Of a DNA stretch of 64,000 nucleotides, positions 51,681-60,889 are shown one piece after another. How positions within the stretch are numbered: position 1 is the stretch's first letter; the number at the start of each line of letters is the position of its first letter. Below the pieces are notes generated by a model, which saw only the letters and a program-made list of their open reading frames with translations, did not search any database and had not been told where the DNA came from. The translations under genes and the position numbers were made by a program. The DNA comes from a virus (taxonomy: Duplodnaviria > Caudoviricetes). The stretch is taken from positions 1-64,000 of the IMG/VR virus record IMGVR_UViG_3300032007_000037; one strand, 5' to 3'.

Positions 51681-52025
51681 TTAGACGGTGTTTTTGGCAT
51701 ATTTACGAGTTTTAAGTTTCTTCTGTTCCTTTTCAAATTTGATTTTTCTGATGCAGTCATCAAGCTCATCTTTATACCAAACAAGTTCTTTGTAACCCTT
51801 ACGCTTCTTCCCTTTGGGAAATCTTCCATATCTGACATAAGAATCAAACTTACTTCTAGACATATTAAGGTATATCAAGACTTGTTCTTTACTCATTCTC
51901 TCATGAGCTACAGCTCTTAGGATACCAATTGCCTCATCTTCACTGATATTGGTATTACCACTATCAATCTTATCGGCAAATTCCCTTAATAGCTTTGCTA
52001 CTTGTCTCTTAACTACATCTATCAT
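51681..52025 (-). CDS. AlpA/excisionase-like HTH protein
   Basis: MSKEQVLIYLNMSRSKFDSYVRYGRFPKG...LVWYKDELD. Confidence 0.65.
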   Translation of the reverse strand: MIDVVKRQVAKLLREFADKIDSGNTNISEDEAIGILRAVAHERMSKEQVLIYLNMSRSKFDSYVRYGRFPKGKKRKGYKELVWYKDELDDCIRKIKFEKEQKKLKTRKYAKNTV

Positions 52026-52157
52026 AACTTACTCTTCTTTGAAACAAAAGTATAGATTAATAATATATTACTTCTCTCTATTAAATTGATATTCAATTTT
52101 TATTAAAATTGTATTTAGATTTAACACTCCATTAACCACTTCTCGGTATAGAACCAA

Positions 52158-52463
52158 TCATAAGGTTTCATTAAACTTTTCTACAACTTCTTCTTGAACC
52201 TCAGGAAGAATATGTTCCTCTTGTTCATCATCTACAGGAAAAGCCTTGAGAATTTCTATTTCCTCTTCAATTTCATTAATCCTATCTCTTTTAGCTTGAT
52301 TTTCTGTATAAAGCCCAAGAGGGTCATAAGGAAGAGGTTTATTAGCTCTTTCTGCTTCACCGTTCTTTACATTCTTGTAATCATTACTCTTTAGTTCCGA
52401 TTCAAGATTATTCATCTCTATGTAGAGCAAGTTAAGCTGCTCTTGCTGTTCTTCTCTTGTCAT
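52158..52463 (-). CDS. Hypothetical protein (tail-fibre chaperone-like)
   Basis: L..NDYK..K...RDRINEIE pattern. Confidence 0.45.
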   Translation of the reverse strand: MTREEQQEQLNLLYIEMNNLESELKSNDYKNVKNGEAERANKPLPYDPLGLYTENQAKRDRINEIEEEIEILKAFPVDDEQEEHILPEVQEEVVEKFNETL

Positions 52464-53673
52464 ATTTTTTCAATTTTAAATTATACTTTCTGTTCAATCT
52501 ATCATTAACTGAAAAACCTTTTCTATAACCAAGGCATAATCTTCTTCTATTAAAATATACAAATTTCCACCAGTCTTTTGCTATTAAGTTCTTTAATTTA
52601 ATTAGTCTTTTATAATCTGTCCTATTTTTAAGTAAACCTGAATATGAATTAAAAGACGCTACAAGTGCATCTATGTCTCTATATTTTTGTGTATTTAATG
52701 TTTGGATCTTCTTTATAGCTCTATTATAAGTAACATTATTTAGATGTATTCTATACGGTTTTATATGACTGCCCAGAAATTCTAAACCATATTGATAAGG
52801 TTGGTCATAGAACTTCTTTTCATTAAGTTTAACATTTCTGTCTGCTAATCGAGTTCTAAGTTCAGGTAGTAAACTAAGAGCATACTGATGTTGTTCTTCA
52901 GGTACTATCATAACTATATCATCTACAAAACAAACAAGTTTGATTTTACAATCATCAGTAAGCCATTCAATAATATCATTAATGTATAAACACATGGATG
53001 TCTGCCATATAAGTCTGCCTATAGCAGCCCCAATACCTTCAGGTTTATCAAGAATAGATTTTTCAGGTTTAATGTGTTCTTTCCATAATTGTTTAGGGGT
53101 TCTTAATTCACAATTACCCGCTGGATTACAATGAAGGGCAATCATAGTAAGCCATTTAAAATACGGTTTTTCTGAATCTGGAAAATATATAATCTTATAA
53201 TGATCTATTACTTTATTTATAACAGTTTCAGCATAATTCCACAAAGCATTAGGAAAATAACCGCTAAAATCTATTTTAATACATCTTGTAGGTTTTGTAT
53301 AACCCCAGGATACTTCATTTATATGTTCTATAAGTTGATTTATAGCAGCCATTAAGCCTTTACCAACTCTATTATTAAAAGTATAAGGAGAGAGTAGTTT
53401 GTCTGCTGCTGGAATAAGTCTATCACATATTTCATGGTCAATCTTTCTCCCTTCAAATTCAGTAGCCATGATTTCTCTCCAAGTAGGAATAGAAACAAGG
53501 AAGGCATAATTATGTTTTATCCTTAAAGTCCTATTTAATCTAGCATACATTCCTCTAATTGTAAGGGCTATGATATTATTCTCATAAGCAAGACTATCGC
53601 CACCCCTACGTTTATTCTTCTGAGTGCTAAATACAAGTTCCATTTGTTTAATAAAGAACTCTTCTTCAGACAT
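52432..53673 (-). CDS. DGR reverse transcriptase (start ATG 53673, MSEEEFF)
   Basis: KIDFSGYF, GAAIGRLIWQ, CFVDD, GLEFLG motifs; follows TR. Confidence 0.92.
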   Translation of the reverse strand: MSEEEFFIKQMELVFSTQKNKRRGGDSLAYENNIIALTIRGMYARLNRTLRIKHNYAFLVSIPTWREIMATEFEGRKIDHEICDRLIPAADKLLSPYTFNNRVGKGLMAAINQLIEHINEVSWGYTKPTRCIKIDFSGYFPNALWNYAETVINKVIDHYKIIYFPDSEKPYFKWLTMIALHCNPAGNCELRTPKQLWKEHIKPEKSILDKPEGIGAAIGRLIWQTSMCLYINDIIEWLTDDCKIKLVCFVDDIVMIVPEEQHQYALSLLPELRTRLADRNVKLNEKKFYDQPYQYGLEFLGSHIKPYRIHLNNVTYNRAIKKIQTLNTQKYRDIDALVASFNSYSGLLKNRTDYKRLIKLKNLIAKDWWKFVYFNRRRLCLGYRKGFSVNDRLNRKYNLKLKKYDKRRTARAA

Positions 53674-53694
53674 ATTATATTCTTCAAACAAATT

Positions 53695-53791
53695 CGCCAC
53701 TGCAACACACTGATTACTATTGTTCACGTTGTTGTTGTTCAAATTACCATTGTTACCATTGAAATTCCAAGCATTATTCACGTCATACCTC
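53695..53791 (-). repeat. DGR template repeat (TR), 97 bp
   Basis: 14 AAY codons; differs from VR at 16 positions, all TR adenines. Confidence 0.97.
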
Positions 53792-53855
53792 GTGGTTGGT
53801 ACTTTAATATTAATACTATAAATGATAGTAGTACCTCCTTTTGTTCTTAGATATA

Positions 53856-54329
53856 CTACCGTTGAACTTCTGGCAATAGTGTTGCTGACCTTTCAACAGA
53901 CATGATGTCTAAGACCTTTACAGATTTACGCCATTTTATTATGCCTTCCTCTATTTTCTCCATACTTTGAGCAATAGCTAATTTAGTTTTATCACTAAAA
54001 AGATGAAGTTGATGGCTACAACAACCATCACTTTTCTTCATAGTATCAAGGTCTACTTTCATGAGACGTTTAAAAGCAGATTGAAGCCTACCATAAGCAC
54101 CAAGCATTTGTGCAATATAAAACTTCTTCTCCTTACCTTCATTTGGACCTAGTTCATAAGCTATTGTAAAATAATGAATAATGTCATACGCTGCATCTTC
54201 CATTCTTACAGCAGCTCCATGAATACGTCTAATTTTAGGCATTCTCATAAATGCAGGTTCAAAAGCATCAAGTAAATTTTCAATATCTACTAGGATACTT
54301 CCCTTATCATTCTTAGCTTTATTACTCAT
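53856..54329 (-). CDS. avd: DGR accessory variability determinant (Avd-like four-helix protein)
   Basis: 157 aa, basic and helical, between target gene and TR as in BPP-1. Confidence 0.8.
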   Translation of the reverse strand: MSNKAKNDKGSILVDIENLLDAFEPAFMRMPKIRRIHGAAVRMEDAAYDIIHYFTIAYELGPNEGKEKKFYIAQMLGAYGRLQSAFKRLMKVDLDTMKKSDGCCSHQLHLFSDKTKLAIAQSMEKIEEGIIKWRKSVKVLDIMSVERSATLLPEVQR

Positions 54330-54360
54330 ACGTTATACTTCTTTTATTATTGCAATTTTG

Positions 54361-54394
54361 CTCCCTAGTCGCCCTTCGGGACGACATAGGGAAG
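54361..54394 (-). promoter_or_regulatory. DGR homing hairpin downstream of VR/IMH
   Basis: Minus strand tcccta-t-gtcgtcc-CGAA-gggcgac-taggga, ~10 nt after the target stop. Confidence 0.8.
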
Positions 54395-54403
54395 CATTAA
54401 GAA

Positions 54404-55699
54404 TTAGTGTTTTAAAAGCGCCACTGCAACACACTGACTACTAAAGTACACGCTGTAGCTGTTCAAACTACCATTGGAACCATGGAAAACCCAAGCAAAA
54501 TTCACGCCATACCTCTGTGCAAACCATCTATAAGTATTGTTTCCAAGAGCACTATAACCTGCTTTAGTCTGACACTGGTCAATCTTAGATAGGTTCTCAT
54601 CTTTATGTATAATAAGACCTTCTCTTACATCCCATAAATGCCAATCTCCTTTACTAAGACCAGTAATGTTCAAATCAAGTTCATAAGCCCAGTTCAATGC
54701 AGTATATCGTGGAATAGAATTAACTTTCATTGGGCCATATTCTACTGTAAGTTTTGCTCCATTAGGTAAACCAAAACATCCAAATTCCTGTTTTGCATCT
54801 ATACCAAACTCACCTTTAAGATAGTTCTCATAAGTTGTATAAGCTTTTCTTAAATTATAACAATAGTTTGAATTATTAAATGCGGTTTCTGTAACTGGAT
54901 TTGTATTTCCTGCTTCACTACCAACAGCAATATTAGAATCTGGTGTTCTTCCATTTGTAGACCAATAAGCTTTTCCCCTGGATATATTCATAAGACCTCT
55001 ATAATTGGTAGTCTTATTGTTCACCTTCATATACCAGTTACTCTCAGGCATTCCTTTCCAACTATTGTGCGTACAACCTTCACAGATGTAAAATCTGTAA
55101 TCATCACAAGCTGTCCTATTGATAAAAAGATAATAATGTCCACCACTATAGCTGGCTGATACAGACCATTGACTTGTCTGTTCTGGTGCATTTGCTTGTA
55201 ACCATGTTTGCAGAGCTGTCTCAAGTGCACTTCTTGCTGCGTAATAATCTCTAGTAGATTCAAATGTTATTGATTGTGTTGTATCCCAATTAGGTACACC
55301 AAATCTCAAACCTATTGTCTTTGAGAAGGTGGCATGAGTTTCATCGTTTATTTCGGCAGTTATATCTACAACGTATTCACATACACCTAGGAATTTCTTG
55401 CTAGGCATAGATACACCATAACCTATAAGTATTCCATCTTCTCTGTTCTCAATAACAAAACCAATATATGACCAAGTATTAGGTATAGCGGAAGATTTTA
55501 ATGTCTCCATTTTAATATAGATAACATTATCATCTCCATCTGAATATACAGCATCACCTAACACTGGTTCTTTTATTATAACATTTATACCATCATTCTT
55601 TACAATGTTACCTGCTTCGATCAAGGAAACAGTAGACTCCTCTGTGCTTAGTGTAGCATTGTTATAATCATTTATGGTTTGAAATTTTCTTATTGCCAT
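54404..55699 (-). CDS. DGR target protein with C-terminal CLec-type variable region, probable receptor-binding protein
   Basis: VR encodes the C-terminal RYGVNFAWVFHGSNGSLNSYSVYFSSQCVAVA. Confidence 0.9.
   Translation of the reverse strand: MAIRKFQTINDYNNATLSTEESTVSLIEAGNIVKNDGINVIIKEPVLGDAVYSDGDDNVIYIKMETLKSSAIPNTWSYIGFVIENREDGILIGYGVSMPSKKFLGVCEYVVDITAEINDETHATFSKTIGLRFGVPNWDTTQSITFESTRDYYAARSALETALQTWLQANAPEQTSQWSVSASYSGGHYYLFINRTACDDYRFYICEGCTHNSWKGMPESNWYMKVNNKTTNYRGLMNISRGKAYWSTNGRTPDSNIAVGSEAGNTNPVTETAFNNSNYCYNLRKAYTTYENYLKGEFGIDAKQEFGCFGLPNGAKLTVEYGPMKVNSIPRYTALNWAYELDLNITGLSKGDWHLWDVREGLIIHKDENLSKIDQCQTKAGYSALGNNTYRWFAQRYGVNFAWVFHGSNGSLNSYSVYFSSQCVAVALLKH
54419..54515 (-). repeat. 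DGR variable repeat (VR), 97 bp
   Basis: Colinear with TR 53695-53791. Confidence 0.97.
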
Positions 55700-55720
55700 A
55701 ATAGTATATCTTTAATCCGT

Positions 55721-57745
55721 TTATGCTATCTGTTTCCAATCACTTGTACTATTTGTTACTGCTGTGGATACCCATACATGACCAGTACTTGCATCCATTC
55801 TTATAAGACCTTTGCTCAGTGGCACATAATCAGGAGCACCACTAGTTAAGTCAAACATCTTCTGTCCCTTTATGGTATATCCGTAGTCAGTATCCACCCA
55901 TTTAGGAGCTTCATCAAGTCTTTTCTTAAGACCATCCATATCAGCCCTAAGCTGAAGAAGTGCTTCTGCTATAACTTCTCTATCTAAGTCTAAACTAGGC
56001 TTTCCAGTTATATTATCCCATGCAACTGCTCCCGCAGTAGTTGCATAAAGAACACTTTTAGCAACATCAGCAGCTACGGCTCTCCATCGTATATCCATCA
56101 ATGGTGCAGCAGTAATTATCTCATCAGTATTATCAGGTAATACACTTATTACACCACCTTCCTCAACTGGAATATTTGGCAATATACCATCTGGCTCTTC
56201 AAGAATATAATATTCAGGTGTTGCAAGTTCGTAGTAGAGCATGACACCTTGCATTGCGGCTTTGAAAGTAGTAGCATCGGTATAGTCTGTGTCATAGACA
56301 AGAATTTTATTTTCAGAGTTCGATATGACTATTCCAACTTCATCACCAAGCCAAGTACTATTTGGTGTAGTGGCTATATACTTTGCACATATAATATTAG
56401 CTGTTGAGGTTGTTGTAGCAGCTCTTTTTGCTCCCGAAACCAATGCCTCAAACCTATATGATGAGGTAGTGTTTATATTCACCCACGTCAAACTCCCCAA
56501 ATCCACTCTACTAAACCTCTTAACACCAATCTTAACATTACCCAAAGACAACACTTCATCATAGATACCATTAAATCCATTCATACCATTGTCAAACGGA
56601 TAAACAAGGCTACCTACACCATTGAGTTTACCTCTTAATTGAGTAACATTAAAATTGGTTGTACCTCCATTATAGGGTTTATATGTTCCATTACGAGATG
56701 GGTCTGAAATATTGATGTTAATATTCCCAGAGGGGGATGCTGATGAGATTCTAAAATACGCTGCGTTAGATGGTGAATGATGAACATAATTTGGAATAGA
56801 ACCTCTATAAGTACCTGAAATAAAGTTCTTATTAGAGTCATACCAACAAATAACAACACCATATGATTCTTCAATACTGCCACCATAACCTAAATAATAG
56901 TCAGTATTCGGAATACAAGGAAAGTATACGTAAGAGCATCTTCTATTTTCAGTAGTTTGCTCTGACCCATTCGGTTGTCTATATTTGCCAAGAATCAATG
57001 TACTTTCGTCAAACAAATTAAACCCAACACTCTTAATACCAGTCATTTTTACTGGAGTAATAGTACCTTCACTATATGGTAAATTAACATTACCTAACTG
57101 AGCAAGGTAAGCCTCTGCCTCTTCTACTGATGTAGGTTCGTTACCCTCACCAAAGATTTCGGTAAGGTCAATGAGCATAAAGTCTTTAAACGTAGTTCCA
57201 GTATAAGAAGATGCTTCAGTATCGTCTAACACTAAACCATCAGACGTGTTTGTTATAAGCCAACTGTTTTTTCCATTAACAAGTGTTTTAACATTGCTAT
57301 AAGAGTTAGGAAAACCATATTTTGTTGTAATACCTGATGGAACGGTGCAAATAACAGATAAATAATATTTATGATTAACTATCGGGGGTTCTGCATTAAA
57401 TAAAAAATATGTGTCAGCTCCAGTAGTATTGACCGTGAAAACACCATTATTCAAAGTAACATTATGTGTGTTTGAAGAGTTCCAATCGCTTAACTTTGTT
57501 TTCTGATTCCACTTAATAGTGTTACCACGCAACCTTGTCAATGCTGCTAAACCATCTGTAACACCATTAGGTACAATAGCGTTCATAGACTTAACTTCTA
57601 TGGGGTCTACACCATCTTCTCCACCATACTCTTTTCCGTTAGTAACAATCTTCTTGCTATCTGTTGGAAAGAAAATTTTGTTAGGATTTGTGCTAGCTTT
57701 AGCTTGAGCTAAAGTGCTAGTTTTATTAAATTTTACATATGCCAT
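55721..57745 (-). CDS. Fibre/spike protein
   Basis: 674 aa; shared N-terminal module; beta-rich domains; WDNITGKPS plus coiled coil. Confidence 0.65.
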   Translation of the reverse strand: MAYVKFNKTSTLAQAKASTNPNKIFFPTDSKKIVTNGKEYGGEDGVDPIEVKSMNAIVPNGVTDGLAALTRLRGNTIKWNQKTKLSDWNSSNTHNVTLNNGVFTVNTTGADTYFLFNAEPPIVNHKYYLSVICTVPSGITTKYGFPNSYSNVKTLVNGKNSWLITNTSDGLVLDDTEASSYTGTTFKDFMLIDLTEIFGEGNEPTSVEEAEAYLAQLGNVNLPYSEGTITPVKMTGIKSVGFNLFDESTLILGKYRQPNGSEQTTENRRCSYVYFPCIPNTDYYLGYGGSIEESYGVVICWYDSNKNFISGTYRGSIPNYVHHSPSNAAYFRISSASPSGNININISDPSRNGTYKPYNGGTTNFNVTQLRGKLNGVGSLVYPFDNGMNGFNGIYDEVLSLGNVKIGVKRFSRVDLGSLTWVNINTTSSYRFEALVSGAKRAATTTSTANIICAKYIATTPNSTWLGDEVGIVISNSENKILVYDTDYTDATTFKAAMQGVMLYYELATPEYYILEEPDGILPNIPVEEGGVISVLPDNTDEIITAAPLMDIRWRAVAADVAKSVLYATTAGAVAWDNITGKPSLDLDREVIAEALLQLRADMDGLKKRLDEAPKWVDTDYGYTIKGQKMFDLTSGAPDYVPLSKGLIRMDASTGHVWVSTAVTNSTSDWKQIA

Positions 57746-57828
57746 GTCTTAATGAATTTAAATATTATTATTAAGATAAAGGGAAGAGGTATTATCCCCT
57801 TCCCTCTGTGGTTTCTGTATTTATAAGA

Positions 57829-59157
57829 TTATTCCCACTCTAATGCTGCAAGCATATCAGGAGTCATTAGACCATTAGCTGAAGAATTAACTACAGCAGT
57901 TGAAGCAGCACCAATATTGGTTCTAGCATTACCCTGTTGTGCAGTAGATAAACCTTGACTAGCAGAAGTACTTACTACAGCAGTACCTGGGGTAATATTA
58001 GCATCGAACTGAACACCGTGACCATCTTTCACAGTAACTTTCATATCCCCACCAATGAAGTATATGTCAGCACCACTAGACTCAGTAAAATAAATCTTCT
58101 TATTGGTAGTATCAGCTACGGGAGACACAGTGTTAGCAAAATTAGCATCAGCAGGTACAGACTTACCAAGAGTTTTTCCACTATCAGACAAGTTACCGCT
58201 AGCATCAAGTGTAGCTACATTACCAGCAGCAGCAGGAACTGCCTTATTAGCTTTACCACTAATATCCTGATGAGCTACAAGAACTTCCTGAGAAGTACCA
58301 CTCTTAAGAGTAATATTCTTCTTAGTAGAATCTCCGCTAACATCTGCAATAGATATTTCAGCCCTATTAACTTTATCAGCCTGTAAGGTCTGAATAGCAG
58401 ATGCATTAGCAGCACCCTTAGAACCTTCATATGCAGTACCTTGTGTCTCACCAAGAGCTAGAGAAGCAGAAATTTCTGCCATGTCAGTACCCCCCCAACG
58501 ATATGTCTTAGAGTTAGAAAGATTTACATAAATCTTACCACCTACAGGGTCAGTACCTGGTCCCCAAGTATTAGTAGCAGTAGCATAATGTAGTTTCTTT
58601 GTAGATGTATTATAATAGTAATCACCTGCAACACAACTTGCAGGAGCTGTATCAGTGAAATTCAGACACTCAATTACATCATCTACATAAGAAGGTAACT
58701 GAGAAGCAGGAACCTTACCATCACTACCTAGGCTCGCAACACCATTGTTAGCACCCTTTTCTGTAGCAGAAATAAAATCACTAGCCTTCTTACCACTATC
58801 AGTTAAGTTACCATTACTATCAAGACCTGCAAAGTTTCCATTGGTAGCACCGCTTACCTTATCAGCCTTACCACTGATGTCTTGATGAGAAGTAATAACG
58901 TCTTTAACAGCTACATCAACACCATCAACATTAATAGTACCAGAAGTCGTACCTATCTTAACTCGTTTAACACCAGTATAGTCTTTACCATTGACAAGAA
59001 TTCTAGTATTAATATTTACTGTATCTTTCTGAGCATCAGTCATCTCAGAAGTATCAGTTCCATTCTCAAGATAGAATACCTTATCTACTTTTTCAGCAGC
59101 ACTAAGTGCATCATACTGAGCTTTACTTTTACTCTTTACAAATTTTACAAAACTCAT
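57829..59157 (-). CDS. Fibre protein
   Basis: HQDISGKA x2, GNL.DSGK x2, GKVPASQLPSYVDDV, NARTNIGA. Confidence 0.7.
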   Translation of the reverse strand: MSFVKFVKSKSKAQYDALSAAEKVDKVFYLENGTDTSEMTDAQKDTVNINTRILVNGKDYTGVKRVKIGTTSGTINVDGVDVAVKDVITSHQDISGKADKVSGATNGNFAGLDSNGNLTDSGKKASDFISATEKGANNGVASLGSDGKVPASQLPSYVDDVIECLNFTDTAPASCVAGDYYYNTSTKKLHYATATNTWGPGTDPVGGKIYVNLSNSKTYRWGGTDMAEISASLALGETQGTAYEGSKGAANASAIQTLQADKVNRAEISIADVSGDSTKKNITLKSGTSQEVLVAHQDISGKANKAVPAAAGNVATLDASGNLSDSGKTLGKSVPADANFANTVSPVADTTNKKIYFTESSGADIYFIGGDMKVTVKDGHGVQFDANITPGTAVVSTSASQGLSTAQQGNARTNIGAASTAVVNSSANGLMTPDMLAALEWE

Positions 59158-59237
59158 AACTTTTCAAATTTAAATTGTTTATAAAATGTTAATTCTTATA
59201 AAGAGGCAGGGAGTTTCCCTGCCCCATTGATTATATA

Positions 59238-60599
59238 TTATCCCCAAGTAAGCTGGGTAGCAATAGCCTCAAGTGCATCTTCTACACCTGCATCCTGTAC
59301 AATCTGGTTAGCAGTAACTAAATTAACACCATTTGTCTTAAGTACTCCTTCTTCATATGTAACAGTATCACCACCTGTTCCAGGAGTAAGTGATCCATTT
59401 CTCCAAGCTTCTATAAGAGATGAAAGAGCAGATATGTTTTGAGATGTTTCTGTACTTCCAACAACTGCTTGTTGAGCCCTTGAAACAGTAAAGTACTTAT
59501 TAAGAGTACCTTCAGGCACATTGTCAGTTGTACCAGGAGACGCAGAAATCTCTACAAGATTTGCATCAGATTCATTACTGCATCTCCAAGTCTTATTGGA
59601 AAAGTCTCCTGCACCTACAGTAACATATATTACACTCTTTTTAGCATGAGCGGAGGCAATAGCCCAAGTACCGCTAGGGGAACAAGAAACTAGTTGAGTT
59701 ACATTATTGAAAGAAGTACCTGAATTAAGAGTTACAGCATTGTAATATTTACCTACAACAGGTACAATATCATAGCTTGAAGGAATATCAGTGCCTTCAT
59801 ATACTGACTTAGGAGTATCACCTTTTAAATAGCGTTCTGTACTTCCTACAGTTTTTACAAGTACTACATCAAGCTCTTCTACTTCCTCTACATAACTGGG
59901 TAACTGACTTGTTGGAACCTTACCATCAATAAGATCAGCCTTTGTATTAGTCTGAATAGGTTGATATACATCATACTTGTAACCATACTCTCCTGTATTA
60001 CTATTACGAACAAATACAGTGCCTGGCAGATAAACACCAGTCGGTATAACAGAGTTTAGATCAGTTTCAAAACCTTCGTATGTTACATATGTATGACCAC
60101 TAGAAGCAGTAGATGCTCTTGCAATTAAAGTAGCTTCGTCTGTAACATGTTCTGCTATGCCTTTAACCGCAGTAACAGATATTTTACCATTCTCGTCACC
60201 TATGATAGCGTCTGTTAACTGAATTGCATTAAAGTGTCTTGTAGATGTTCCAGTTTCACTTGCAGGCTTGTTGGTACGCTTAAAGAAAGTCAAAGGAGGA
60301 TATGTACCACCCTTTACAGTTGGTGTATTACTCTGAGCAGTAAAGCCCTTAAGGGTAACATATATAGTTCCTTCAGCCGCATTAAGACCGCAAGCAATCA
60401 GTTCTTCGCGTGACTCTACAGTACCTACACCATAGTTTACACCTCCTACCATGATAGTGTGTTTATGCTCACCATCAGTAGTAAAGAATATAGTACCAGG
60501 TTCAGTAGACTTAGCAGCCTCAGCAGCAGCAAAAGTAGTCTGCTTGAACTTAACATTCATACCTGCCAAAAGTTGGCTTAAATTTTGTCCATTTGCCAT
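59238..60599 (-). CDS. Fibre protein
   Basis: GKVPTSQLPSYVEEV; TTDNVPEGTLNKYFT. Confidence 0.7.
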   Translation of the reverse strand: MANGQNLSQLLAGMNVKFKQTTFAAAEAAKSTEPGTIFFTTDGEHKHTIMVGGVNYGVGTVESREELIACGLNAAEGTIYVTLKGFTAQSNTPTVKGGTYPPLTFFKRTNKPASETGTSTRHFNAIQLTDAIIGDENGKISVTAVKGIAEHVTDEATLIARASTASSGHTYVTYEGFETDLNSVIPTGVYLPGTVFVRNSNTGEYGYKYDVYQPIQTNTKADLIDGKVPTSQLPSYVEEVEELDVVLVKTVGSTERYLKGDTPKSVYEGTDIPSSYDIVPVVGKYYNAVTLNSGTSFNNVTQLVSCSPSGTWAIASAHAKKSVIYVTVGAGDFSNKTWRCSNESDANLVEISASPGTTDNVPEGTLNKYFTVSRAQQAVVGSTETSQNISALSSLIEAWRNGSLTPGTGGDTVTYEEGVLKTNGVNLVTANQIVQDAGVEDALEAIATQLTWG

Positions 60600-60623
60600 A
60601 ATTATAAAAGTTTTAATAGATTA

Positions 60624-60878
60624 TTATTCGTTCCATTTTAAAGTTGAATTATTCTTTGGTACAAGATTTTCTAATGTTGTACCACCTTGCCACCAGTATT
60701 CTACCACATTGCTGCCTTCTACAATCCCTACTGTCAAACCAACACAAATCAATTCATCTTGTGCAAGTATTGATTGGGCTGCATTCTTTGACAAGTAAGG
60801 GCCATATCTGACATCTAAATTTGGTAAATCTGATCTTGTGGTTAAAAAGCCACCATTATTTGCTGTTATATTTGCCAT
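60624..60878 (-). CDS. Small structural protein
   Basis: LDVRYGPY...GLTVGI...EYWWQGG. Confidence 0.55.
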   Translation of the reverse strand: MANITANNGGFLTTRSDLPNLDVRYGPYLSKNAAQSILAQDELICVGLTVGIVEGSNVVEYWWQGGTTLENLVPKNNSTLKWNE

Positions 60879-60889
60879 ATTTAAATATT

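Noticed and set aside
53674-53781. Asn-rich N-terminal extension of the RT in the ORF track
   Set aside because: It is the DGR template repeat read in frame; the RT more plausibly starts at ATG 53673
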